From assembly GCA_963699255.1 (NCBI GenBank), contig OY969425.1:990001-1022000 (forward strand): 32,000 bases of DNA, read 5' to 3'. Both the position numbers and the translations under genes were made by a program. Below the pieces are notes generated by a model, which was given only the letters and a program-made list of their open reading frames with translations, had not been told where the DNA came from and ran no database searches. The DNA comes from an uncultured bacterium (GTDB taxonomy: Bacteria; Margulisbacteria; WOR-1; CAVSGV01). Numbering within the stretch: position 1 is the stretch's first letter; every line of letters starts with the position of its first letter. Of this stretch, positions 8,146 through 14,714 are shown in pieces.

Positions 8146-8260
8146 AAATCCAAATGACAAAGCTCAAAGGAATCTATTAAATCCAAATCAAACAAAAACA
8201 TTTCCCTTGATTTGTCATTCTCAGATTCATTTGTCATTTGATATTTGTCATTTGTCATTA
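8146..8260. repeat. cargo-less long inverted repeat built from the CAAATGACAAA / TTTGTCATT motif
   Basis: 8151-8161 caaatgacaaa is a perfect complement of 8230-8240 tttgtcatttg. The inner stem is 8184-8191 caaatcaa with 8207-8214 ttgatttg. TTTGTCAT occurs four times at 8211-8258. It fills the oppA-oppB junction. Confidence 0.7.
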
Positions 8261-9780
8261 CTCTTTATGTAAACTTTCTCGATATCAACGAACAATCCTG
8301 CCGGGCCGGGTTCGGATAATCCTCCTACCCTGTCCCTTACCCCGGTCAGGACGTTCGGATACCACAGGAACACGTAAGGAGCGCTCCCCGTGATCTCCTT
8401 GTACATCCGCGCGTATATCTTCTTCCTGGCGGCTTTTGACTGTTCCCGTCTTCCGGCGTCAAGAAGCCTGTCCACTTTCGGATCGCTGTATCCGATAAAA
8501 TTAAGCCCCGCCGGATACTGGCTTGAATGCCATATCGAATATGAATCGGGATCGATGCCCGTGGACCAGCCGATTATGACCGCGTCAAAATCTTTCGGGT
8601 CCTTTCGCGCGTTGATCACCTTCAGCAGCGCGCTCCATTCAAGCACCCTTATGTTCATCTTTACTCCGACCCGCTTGAATTGCTGTTGAAGTATCGTCGC
8701 GGCCTTTTCCCTCTCTTTGTTCCCGTGGTTCACCAGGACGGTGAATTCAAGGTTCCTCACTTTTGCCTTACGCAGAAGTTCCTTTGCTTTTGCGGGATCG
8801 TATCCATATTTATCCACGTCATCGCTGTAAGCCCAGGAAACAGGCGCGGAAGGAGAGTATGCCGGCGAAGCCAATCCCATGAAGATAAGGCCGATTAGCT
8901 GCTTCCTGTTGACCGCGTAAGACAGGGCTTTTCTAACTCTTACATCCGAGAACTTTGGCGACCTGAGGTTGAATCCGAGATAGGTATACAGAAGCGCGTC
9001 GTACTTATAAAGGTTCACGTGTTTTATCGGATGGAAATCTTTCGGAGGAATGTCCGTTACATCAATGTCCCCCGACCTGAGGGCTACAAGCGCGGTGTTC
9101 TCATCGGGGATAATCTTGAAGAGTATCTGGTCAAGCTTCGGCACCCCGCCGTAATATTTTGGATTTCTCTTTACCAGCACGTGGTCGCCGGCCTTATATT
9201 CAACGAACACGAACGGCCCCGTCCCTACCGGACGCCTGTTGAAGGCGGACATATCAAGTTCTTTTCCTTTAAGGATATGCGCTGGCAGAATCCCCATCGC
9301 CGCGCTTACCAGGAACGGAGAAAAAGGTTTTGGGAGGATCGCTTTCACCGTATATTTGTCAACGACTTTGAATATTATCGGCTTTCCGTCGATCATGTAA
9401 TCGCCGCGCCTCACCGAGTTGATCTTCGGGTTCAGGATCGTGTCAAAGGTGAATTTGACGTCATCTGCTGTAAAAGGCGCCCCGTCGTGCCAGGTCACGT
9501 CTTTCCTCAAATAAAAAGTCCATACAAGGCCGTTCTTTGAGACTTTCCAGGACTTCGCCAGGTCAGGGATAAAGTTAAGGTCCTTGTCCGTCTTCACCAG
9601 ACCGGTAAAAATGACCCCCTCGATCGCAGACGAGGTTGTATCCGTTGAAAGTATAGGATTTATGACCGAGACTTCTCCGCCGAGCGACATTATAAGCCGG
9701 CCGTTGGGATCGTAGTCTACAGCAGAAGTAAAATTCATGAAGACCAGGAATGATAATAAAGTAAGTATAAATCGTCTCAC
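8248..9780 (-). CDS. oppA: ABC transporter substrate-binding protein, family 5 (OppA/DppA-like)
   Basis: 510 aa. Signal peptide MRRFILTLLSFLVFMNFTSA. Family-5 SBP-like sequence throughout (VTWHDGAPFTADDVKFTFD). It heads the BCDF genes on the same strand. GTG start. The last four codons (SNDK) are read from the TTTGTCATT repeat. Confidence 0.88.
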   Translation of the reverse strand: MRRFILTLLSFLVFMNFTSAVDYDPNGRLIMSLGGEVSVINPILSTDTTSSAIEGVIFTGLVKTDKDLNFIPDLAKSWKVSKNGLVWTFYLRKDVTWHDGAPFTADDVKFTFDTILNPKINSVRRGDYMIDGKPIIFKVVDKYTVKAILPKPFSPFLVSAAMGILPAHILKGKELDMSAFNRRPVGTGPFVFVEYKAGDHVLVKRNPKYYGGVPKLDQILFKIIPDENTALVALRSGDIDVTDIPPKDFHPIKHVNLYKYDALLYTYLGFNLRSPKFSDVRVRKALSYAVNRKQLIGLIFMGLASPAYSPSAPVSWAYSDDVDKYGYDPAKAKELLRKAKVRNLEFTVLVNHGNKEREKAATILQQQFKRVGVKMNIRVLEWSALLKVINARKDPKDFDAVIIGWSTGIDPDSYSIWHSSQYPAGLNFIGYSDPKVDRLLDAGRREQSKAARKKIYARMYKEITGSAPYVFLWYPNVLTGVRDRVGGLSEPGPAGLFVDIEKVYIKSNDK

Positions 9781-9804
9781 AGCTTGATTATAACGAAAAT
9801 TCTT

Positions 9805-10306
9805 GAAGTGTGGTAGTTAGAGATTGGAAGTGGGTTATGAATTGTGATGTGGGATGTTTGATTGCATTCCTTGTCGACCAAAAACCATCCAGTTTCGCTT
9901 AAGGTTATAAAGTTGCTTTCCGGCAATTTCATAGGTATCTATAAGATAATTGCATAATTTGTCATCAATCCCATAAACATCCCTGCAAATCACTAAATGC
10001 GGGTTCATTTCATTGCATTCGCCCAGTGCGTCATCCAAATATTTCTTAAAAGCTCTCAATTGATGCTTTTTTGCATAGCCCTCCGCGATGAGTGCAGGTA
10101 TTGCTTTGCAGCATCGTCGCATTTGATCGCCGAGATCGAATTTTTCATAAGTCGGCAACCTTGGGATTAACTTTATTAAGGTTATCTTGGTTGCTTCAAG
10201 AACCCTTTGATAGACATTCAAATCCGTAAAACTTCTTATGCTTTTATTATTCACTTCCAACTTCTCAATTCCAAACTCATTTCCCATTTCCAAATATCCC
10301 ACTTCC
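9805..10306 (-). mobile_element. inverted-repeat-bounded cassette carrying a four-helix-bundle ORF (arms use the GGAAGTG motif)
   Basis: Arms at 9805-9856 and 10252-10306. For example, 9817-9833 ttagagattggaagtgg resembles the reverse complement of 10252-10268 (ttgagaagttggaagtg), and 9805-9813 pairs with 10298-10306. Mobility is inferred, not shown. Confidence 0.5.
9835..10302 (-). CDS. four-helix-bundle protein (23S rRNA intervening-sequence protein / Avd family)
   Basis: FTDLNVYQRVLEATKITLIKLIPRLPTYEKFDLGDQMRRCCKAIPALIAEGYAKKHQLRAFKKYLDDALGECNEMNPHL matches the family pattern as I recall it (L.VWQKA..L...IY..T..FP..E.F.L..Q.RRAA.SI..NIAEG......KE...FL.IA.GS..E). Both ends of the ORF are translated from the flanking repeat arms. 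The real start may be ATG 10287 or later. Confidence 0.8.
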   Translation of the reverse strand: MGYLEMGNEFGIEKLEVNNKSIRSFTDLNVYQRVLEATKITLIKLIPRLPTYEKFDLGDQMRRCCKAIPALIAEGYAKKHQLRAFKKYLDDALGECNEMNPHLVICRDVYGIDDKLCNYLIDTYEIAGKQLYNLKRNWMVFGRQGMQSNIPHHNS

Positions 10307-10311
10307 GCCTT

Positions 10312-10719
10312 TTACATATTGCTCAATTCAAGGAGTTCTGAAGATCCGTTCCTTTTATATCCGATCAGCTTGTACGATCCTGTCGAATCATCATAAACAT
10401 AAATGATCTTCCCGGCCTTATCCGATTCCGTATATGCCCTGCCTGTAAAGGGATTTATGGGCACCGAAGTGGCGTATCCGCCCTGGCTCAAATAATTATC
10501 ATACAGCTCTTTAAGCGATATGTTGCTTCCCATTGGATAGGCTTCATTTTCCATGTTATACGCCTCTACGGCGAGCTGGATCGAGTGCATGACGGCTTTA
10601 ACTCCTGTCTCCTTCGCCCTGTCCTGCACGCCGATGAAGTTCGGCATCATGAAAGCGGCGATGATGCTGATGATAGCTATTACCACCAATAATTCTATCA
10701 AGGTGAATGCTTTGCTCAT
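10312..10719 (-). CDS. type IV pilin / T2SS pseudopilin (GspG/PilA-like)
   Basis: MSKA|FTLIELLVVIAIISIIAAFMMPNF class III signal, plus a small alpha-beta pilin domain. GGAGG lies 7 nt upstream of ATG 10719. The ORF track starts one codon earlier, at TTG 10722. Confidence 0.88.
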   Translation of the reverse strand: MSKAFTLIELLVVIAIISIIAAFMMPNFIGVQDRAKETGVKAVMHSIQLAVEAYNMENEAYPMGSNISLKELYDNYLSQGGYATSVPINPFTGRAYTESDKAGKIIYVYDDSTGSYKLIGYKRNGSSELLELSNM

Positions 10720-10737
10720 CAATTAACCTCCTTCGAT

Positions 10738-11215
10738 AAATTACAAATCACAATTTACAAATTACAAACAAATTACAATTCACAACAAATAAACCATACA
10801 CAAATAACCATCAAGCCTTACTTAATATTGAAGAGAATATATTGCGCAATTCCCGCGATTCTTTATATAACTTATTGACTTCTTCTCCAATGTTCGGATT
10901 AGCTTCTTTTACTAATTCCAGCCAATAACTGCTCTCTTTTGCCTCTTTTCTTGTGATTCTCATCCTATGGACAAAATCTTTTTGACTTAAAGCTTCATTT
11001 GCTTCCCTGTAATTTGCCCCGACAGATCCGGCAGCCCTAACAAGCTGTCCTATTAATGTGAAATTAATTGTGTTTGCCGGCATTTTTTTGCATAATCTAA
11101 TTACGCATTTTGCATATTCCTAGGTTCTTTCCTCCAGATCAAATGGTTTTTTGTCGTTTTGATCATTGTAATTTGTATATTGTTTGTGATTTGTGTATTG
11201 TATATTGTGATTTAT
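10738..11215 (-). mobile_element. inverted-repeat-bounded cassette carrying a truncated four-helix-bundle ORF (arms use the ATTACAA/ACAAAT motif)
   Basis: Arms at 10738-10810 and 11164-11215. There are two perfect 11-bp complements: 10769-10779 caaattacaat with 11165-11175 attgtaatttg, and 10743-10753 acaaatcacaa with 11184-11194 ttgtgatttgt. Mobility is inferred. Confidence 0.5.
10811..11083 (-). CDS. four-helix-bundle protein (23S rRNA IVS protein / Avd family), 5'-truncated and possibly a pseudogene
   Basis: LIGQLVRAAGSVGANYREANEALSQKDFVHRMRITRKEAKESSYWLELV matches the second half of the family. Family-like sequence continues in frame upstream (EYAKCVIRLCKK) to a TAG at 11120-11122, which sits 8 nt after a GGAGG. 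Confidence 0.65.
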   Translation of the reverse strand: MPANTINFTLIGQLVRAAGSVGANYREANEALSQKDFVHRMRITRKEAKESSYWLELVKEANPNIGEEVNKLYKESRELRNIFSSILSKA

Positions 11216-11229
11216 TTGATCCTGCATCT

Positions 11230-12231
11230 TTATCCTCCCAATACACTGATTAACTTAATGATCGGCATGAACATGGCAAATACGATCAAACCGACAACGA
11301 GACCCGTCGCCAGGGTTGAAGCAGGCTCAACAAGACTTGAGAATGTTTTCAGCCCGTTCTCGGTACCTTCTTCGTACAGGACCGCCAGTTGAGCAAATAC
11401 TTTATCAAGGGAAGATGAACGCTCTCCCGCTGAAATAAGTGAAATATCCGTCTCGTCGAACAGCCCGGTATTATTCAACGACTCGCTTAATGCATCCCCT
11501 TCCGAGACCTGCTTGATGGAAGCCTCAAGCTTTTCCTTGTACAACCTGCTGTTCACCAGACCGGCCGATAGTGAAAGGGAAGCCATTATGTTCATCCCCG
11601 AAGCAAGCGATTCAGCCATTGAACCAAAAAAAGAGGCCAAAACAAGCTTTGACCTGAATTTGCCGATGACAGGGAACCAGAAACCTTTATCGCCCATTAA
11701 ATATCTGACGAACAAGTATAATAAACCGATCAAAACAACCGCCACAAATGGGAAGAATTTGCCCGAATCTAAAATAAATCTGCTTAAAGGCGGAAGCGTC
11801 ACTCCGACGGACTGGAAGATCCGCGCGAATGAAGGAAGAAGGACCGATATCAGGATAAAAAGAGATACGCAGCAAAGGAACAAGACGAACGCTGGATAAA
11901 GCAGAGCCCCGAAGATCCTTTTCTTAAAGGCTTCTTTTTTCTCCAGATACCGGCAGGCCCTCGCGAGCCCCGCCGGGAGGCTGCCGCTGTTCTCCGCGAC
12001 TGAAATAATGCCTATCACCGCGGCCGGGAAAACGGCCGGGTCAAGAGCGCCGGTGAGCGAGCCGCCAGATTTTACCTTTTCCGCTATTCCCCTAAAATAA
12101 TCCGATCTCGCGGCCAGGTCAAGAGCGCCGGATATTGACATGCCCGCACCCATTAAAAGGGCGAGCTTTTTAAAAAAGTGTATCATTTCGCCGTGCTTTA
12201 CTTTTTTATATATTAAAAAGCTTTTTAGCAT
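11230..12231 (-). CDS. pilC: type II secretion system F family / type IV pilus platform protein (PilC-like, short)
   Basis: Two T2SSF-like repeats (FFKKLALLMGAGMSISGALDLAA and FFGSMAESLASGMNIMASLSLSAG) with TM helices, and a C-terminal PIIKLISVLGG. ATG 12231 overlaps tatD by 26 nt. The alternative ATG 12186 lies 20 nt after the tatD stop. Confidence 0.8.
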   Translation of the reverse strand: MLKSFLIYKKVKHGEMIHFFKKLALLMGAGMSISGALDLAARSDYFRGIAEKVKSGGSLTGALDPAVFPAAVIGIISVAENSGSLPAGLARACRYLEKKEAFKKRIFGALLYPAFVLFLCCVSLFILISVLLPSFARIFQSVGVTLPPLSRFILDSGKFFPFVAVVLIGLLYLFVRYLMGDKGFWFPVIGKFRSKLVLASFFGSMAESLASGMNIMASLSLSAGLVNSRLYKEKLEASIKQVSEGDALSESLNNTGLFDETDISLISAGERSSSLDKVFAQLAVLYEEGTENGLKTFSSLVEPASTLATGLVVGLIVFAMFMPIIKLISVLGG

Positions 12232-12967
12232 TATCTGTTGTGATCTCCCCTATACGTTCGATCGTCTCCCCCTTGATACCGGCAAGAGCCTGTGCCACAT
12301 ACCTTACGTAAGACGGCTCATTCCTCTTCCCCCGGTTCGGCTCTGGTGTAAGATATGGGCAATCGGTCTCTATAAGTATCCTGTCCAGAGGCGCTGTCTT
12401 TGCTATCTCGATGATATTCTTTGCTTTTTTGAACGTGACCATCCCGGAAACGGAGATATAAAAGCCGTTGTCCAGCACCCATTTGAGCTGGTCAAGGGTA
12501 CCCGCAAAGCTGTGAAAAACGCCGCGAACTTTGCCCTGGCCTTCCGAATGAATAATATCGACCATATCATGATATGACTCCCTGCCATGGAATATCGCGG
12601 TTTTTTTCTCCTCCCGCGCGGTCCACAGCAATTTGGAGAACATCCTCTTTTGCTCTTCATGAGAGGATAGATCATAATGATAATCAAGGCCGATCTCTCC
12701 AAGAGCCACCACTCTTGGCTGTTTCAGAAGTTCAGTGATCTTCTTGTAACATTCTTCATTGAATGATTTTGCGTCATGCGGGTGGATCCCGACCGCTGAA
12801 TAAATATAATCGCTGTCAGCCGATAATAGTGTTGATTTTTCCGACGATGCCATGTCGAAACCGACATCAATTATGAATTCGAGGCCTGCATCTTTAGCAC
12901 GGCTCAAAACCTCATGAATATCCTGATATTCAGGCATCGTGAGGTGCGTGTGGGTATCGGTAAGCAT
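12206..12967 (-). CDS. tatD: TatD family metal-dependent hydrolase/DNase
   Basis: MLTDTHTHL, GEIGLDYHY, IFHGRES and ETDCPYLTP motifs. It follows metG, which is the conserved metG-tatD(ycfH) pairing. Confidence 0.9.
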   Translation of the reverse strand: MLTDTHTHLTMPEYQDIHEVLSRAKDAGLEFIIDVGFDMASSEKSTLLSADSDYIYSAVGIHPHDAKSFNEECYKKITELLKQPRVVALGEIGLDYHYDLSSHEEQKRMFSKLLWTAREEKKTAIFHGRESYHDMVDIIHSEGQGKVRGVFHSFAGTLDQLKWVLDNGFYISVSGMVTFKKAKNIIEIAKTAPLDRILIETDCPYLTPEPNRGKRNEPSYVRYVAQALAGIKGETIERIGEITTDNAKKLFNI

Positions 12968-12978
12968 AAAACTCCTTT

Positions 12979-14562
12979 TTATGTCGCGATCCTGGGAAAG
13001 AGTGGCATACCTTTGTTGATCTTAGCAGCAATTTTTTTGCCAAATTCGAGGTTTTTTGGGTCGTCAAGTTCTGACTTTGACAGACCCATCTGGGCAAGCA
13101 TTGCGTTCGAAGTGGCCGGCATAAAAGGCCCTATCATGACCGCCGTTAACCTTAATATTTCAAACAAATTATACATCACGGCCTTCAGTTCTTCGTTCTT
13201 CCCTTCCTTTGAAAGTTTCCAGGGAGCTTCTTTTTCAATATAATTGTTCGCCAGATTGATGAGCTTCCAGACGGAGGCAAGCGCCTCGGAAAATTGAAGT
13301 CCATCCATGTGTTTTGAATATATAGCCGGGGTCTCCTTCGAGAGTTTCACCAGCTGGGAGCTTATGTCGTCAAAGTCCTGCTTAACGGGCATTGACACTT
13401 CGCCGTTGAAATATTTCTCGACCATCGTGAGAGACCTGTTAAGGAGGTTGCCCATATCGTTCGCAAGATCGGAGTTGAACCTCGTTATCAGCGCGTTCTT
13501 TGAATAATCACCGTCATCGCCGAAAGGAACTTCCCTTAATAAAAAGTACCTTACCGCGTCAACGCCGAATTCTTTTGACAGCGCTATCGGGTCAGCGACG
13601 TTCCCTTTTGATTTGGACATCTTCTGGCCTTCGGACGTCCACCATCCGTGGCCGAATATTGTCCTGGGAAGCTTAAGTCCCAATGCCATCAGCATGCACG
13701 GCCATATGACCGCATGGAACCTGACGATCTCTTTCCCCATCAAATGCACGTCCGCCGGCCATAACCTTTCGAACCTCGGCTGGTTCAAGCCGTATCCGGG
13801 CGCCGTAATATAATTGATAAGCGCGTCGAACCAGACGTAAACCACGTGTTTCGGGTCTTCCTTTACCGGGACACCCCAGCTGAAGGCCGTTCTTGTGACG
13901 CTTAGATCCTTCAGCCCGTGCTTCATGAAGCTGATGACCTCGTTCCTGCGCGATTCGGGCTTAATGAAATCGGGATGCGCTTCAATGTGATGGATCAGAT
14001 CCTTCTCATATTTGGAAAGCTTGAAGAAATACGTCTTTTCTTTGATCTTTTGCACCGGCCTTCCGCAATCCGGGCAGAAGTTGCCGTGGGGCTTATGCTC
14101 CACATCGATCGTCTTTGCTTTCGGAGTGTCAAGTTTCGTTTCCTTCAGCTGAAGATCGGTCCAGAAAGTTTCACACGGCGTGCAATACCATCCTTCGTAT
14201 TCTCCCTTGTAAATGTCCCCGGTCTCCAGCAGTTTGGAAAAAACGCTCTGTACCACCTTTACATGCCTGTCCTCCGTAGTGCGGATGAAATCATTATAAG
14301 AAACATTGAGCATTTCCCAGGCGGACTTGAACCTGGTCACAATATCATCACAAAATTCCTGCGGATCTTTGCCCTGGGCTTTTGCCGCCTCCGCTATCTT
14401 TTGGCCGTGCTCATCAGTTCCCGTCAGGAAAAATACGTCATCCCCTTTTAATCTTTTGTAGCGCGCCAGGACATCCGCTGCAATGGTCGTATAAGCATGC
14501 CCTATGTGAGGAATGTCATTGACGTAATAAAGAGGTGTGGTTAAGTAGAATTTCTCTTTCAT
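12979..14562 (-). CDS. metG: methionine--tRNA ligase
   Basis: HIGH motif (PHIGHAYTT), KMSKS motif (QKMSKSKGN), Zn-knuckle cysteines (CTPCETFW..CPDCGRP). Start taken at ATG 14562 (MKEKFYLTTPLYYVNDIP). The 46 upstream ORF-track codons are read through a GC hairpin and a repeat arm. Confidence 0.95.
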   Translation of the reverse strand: MKEKFYLTTPLYYVNDIPHIGHAYTTIAADVLARYKRLKGDDVFFLTGTDEHGQKIAEAAKAQGKDPQEFCDDIVTRFKSAWEMLNVSYNDFIRTTEDRHVKVVQSVFSKLLETGDIYKGEYEGWYCTPCETFWTDLQLKETKLDTPKAKTIDVEHKPHGNFCPDCGRPVQKIKEKTYFFKLSKYEKDLIHHIEAHPDFIKPESRRNEVISFMKHGLKDLSVTRTAFSWGVPVKEDPKHVVYVWFDALINYITAPGYGLNQPRFERLWPADVHLMGKEIVRFHAVIWPCMLMALGLKLPRTIFGHGWWTSEGQKMSKSKGNVADPIALSKEFGVDAVRYFLLREVPFGDDGDYSKNALITRFNSDLANDMGNLLNRSLTMVEKYFNGEVSMPVKQDFDDISSQLVKLSKETPAIYSKHMDGLQFSEALASVWKLINLANNYIEKEAPWKLSKEGKNEELKAVMYNLFEILRLTAVMIGPFMPATSNAMLAQMGLSKSELDDPKNLEFGKKIAAKINKGMPLFPRIAT

Positions 14563-14596
14563 GAATGGAATTATAGCATAAAAATGAGGTGTGAGA

Positions 14597-14616
14597 CCCC
14601 GCGACTTCGCGCGGGG
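14597..14616. repeat. GC-rich hairpin CCCCGCG-ACTTCG-CGCGGGG
   Basis: Perfect 7-bp stem in the metG / proteasome-like divergent intergenic region. Confidence 0.6.
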
Positions 14617-14656
14617 CAAGCGCGAGATGGGAAGTGAGAGATGTGAAAATACAAAT

Positions 14657-14682
14657 AGTACGATCGTTATAGTACGATCGTT
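14657..14682. promoter_or_regulatory. two tandem copies of AGTACGATCGTT, each with the perfect palindrome ACGATCGT; candidate operator
   Basis: Copies at 14657-14668 and 14671-14682 (14-bp period). The second ends 2 nt before the -35 hexamer. Confidence 0.45.
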
Positions 14683-14683
14683 T

Positions 14684-14712
14684 TTGCAAATATCGGTCAA
14701 AAGGAATATAAT
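14684..14712 (+). promoter_or_regulatory. sigma70-like promoter: -35 TTGCAA, 17-nt spacer, -10 TATAAT
   Basis: TTGCAA at 14684-14689 and TATAAT at 14707-14712, read directly. The predicted TSS is near 14718-14720, which is downstream of ATG 14715 and 7-9 nt upstream of ATG 14727. Confidence 0.55.
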
Positions 14713-14714
14713 CC

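Noticed and set aside
8146-8260. CRISPR array, suggested here and at 10738-10810 and 24389-24553 by the many short repeated motifs
   Set aside because: The units are only 7-11 bp, irregularly spaced, and have no unique spacers of constant length. The two halves are inverted rather than direct. No cas genes are present.
9781-9793. TATAAT (minus strand, 9792-9787) placed 6 nt before the oppA GTG, implying a leaderless oppA mRNA
   Set aside because: There is no acceptable -35 or extended -10 element. A GTG start is poor for leaderless initiation, and the hexamer lies in AT-rich sequence where it can arise by chance. I noted it but did not call it.
9835-11083. Diversity-generating retroelement, because the four-helix-bundle ORFs belong to the Avd family
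   Set aside because: There is no reverse-transcriptase ORF anywhere in the window. I could find no template/variable repeat pair with A-specific differences near the 3' end of any gene, including the giant gene.
14563-14700. N-terminal extensions of ORF-track calls (metG to 14700, pepA to 18831, lemA to 19539, argG to 23300)
   Set aside because: The conserved family N-termini begin at internal ATGs, and those of pepA and lemA have good SD sequences (AGGA before 18729, GGAGG before 19410). The extensions are read through repeats, hairpins or the upstream gene.
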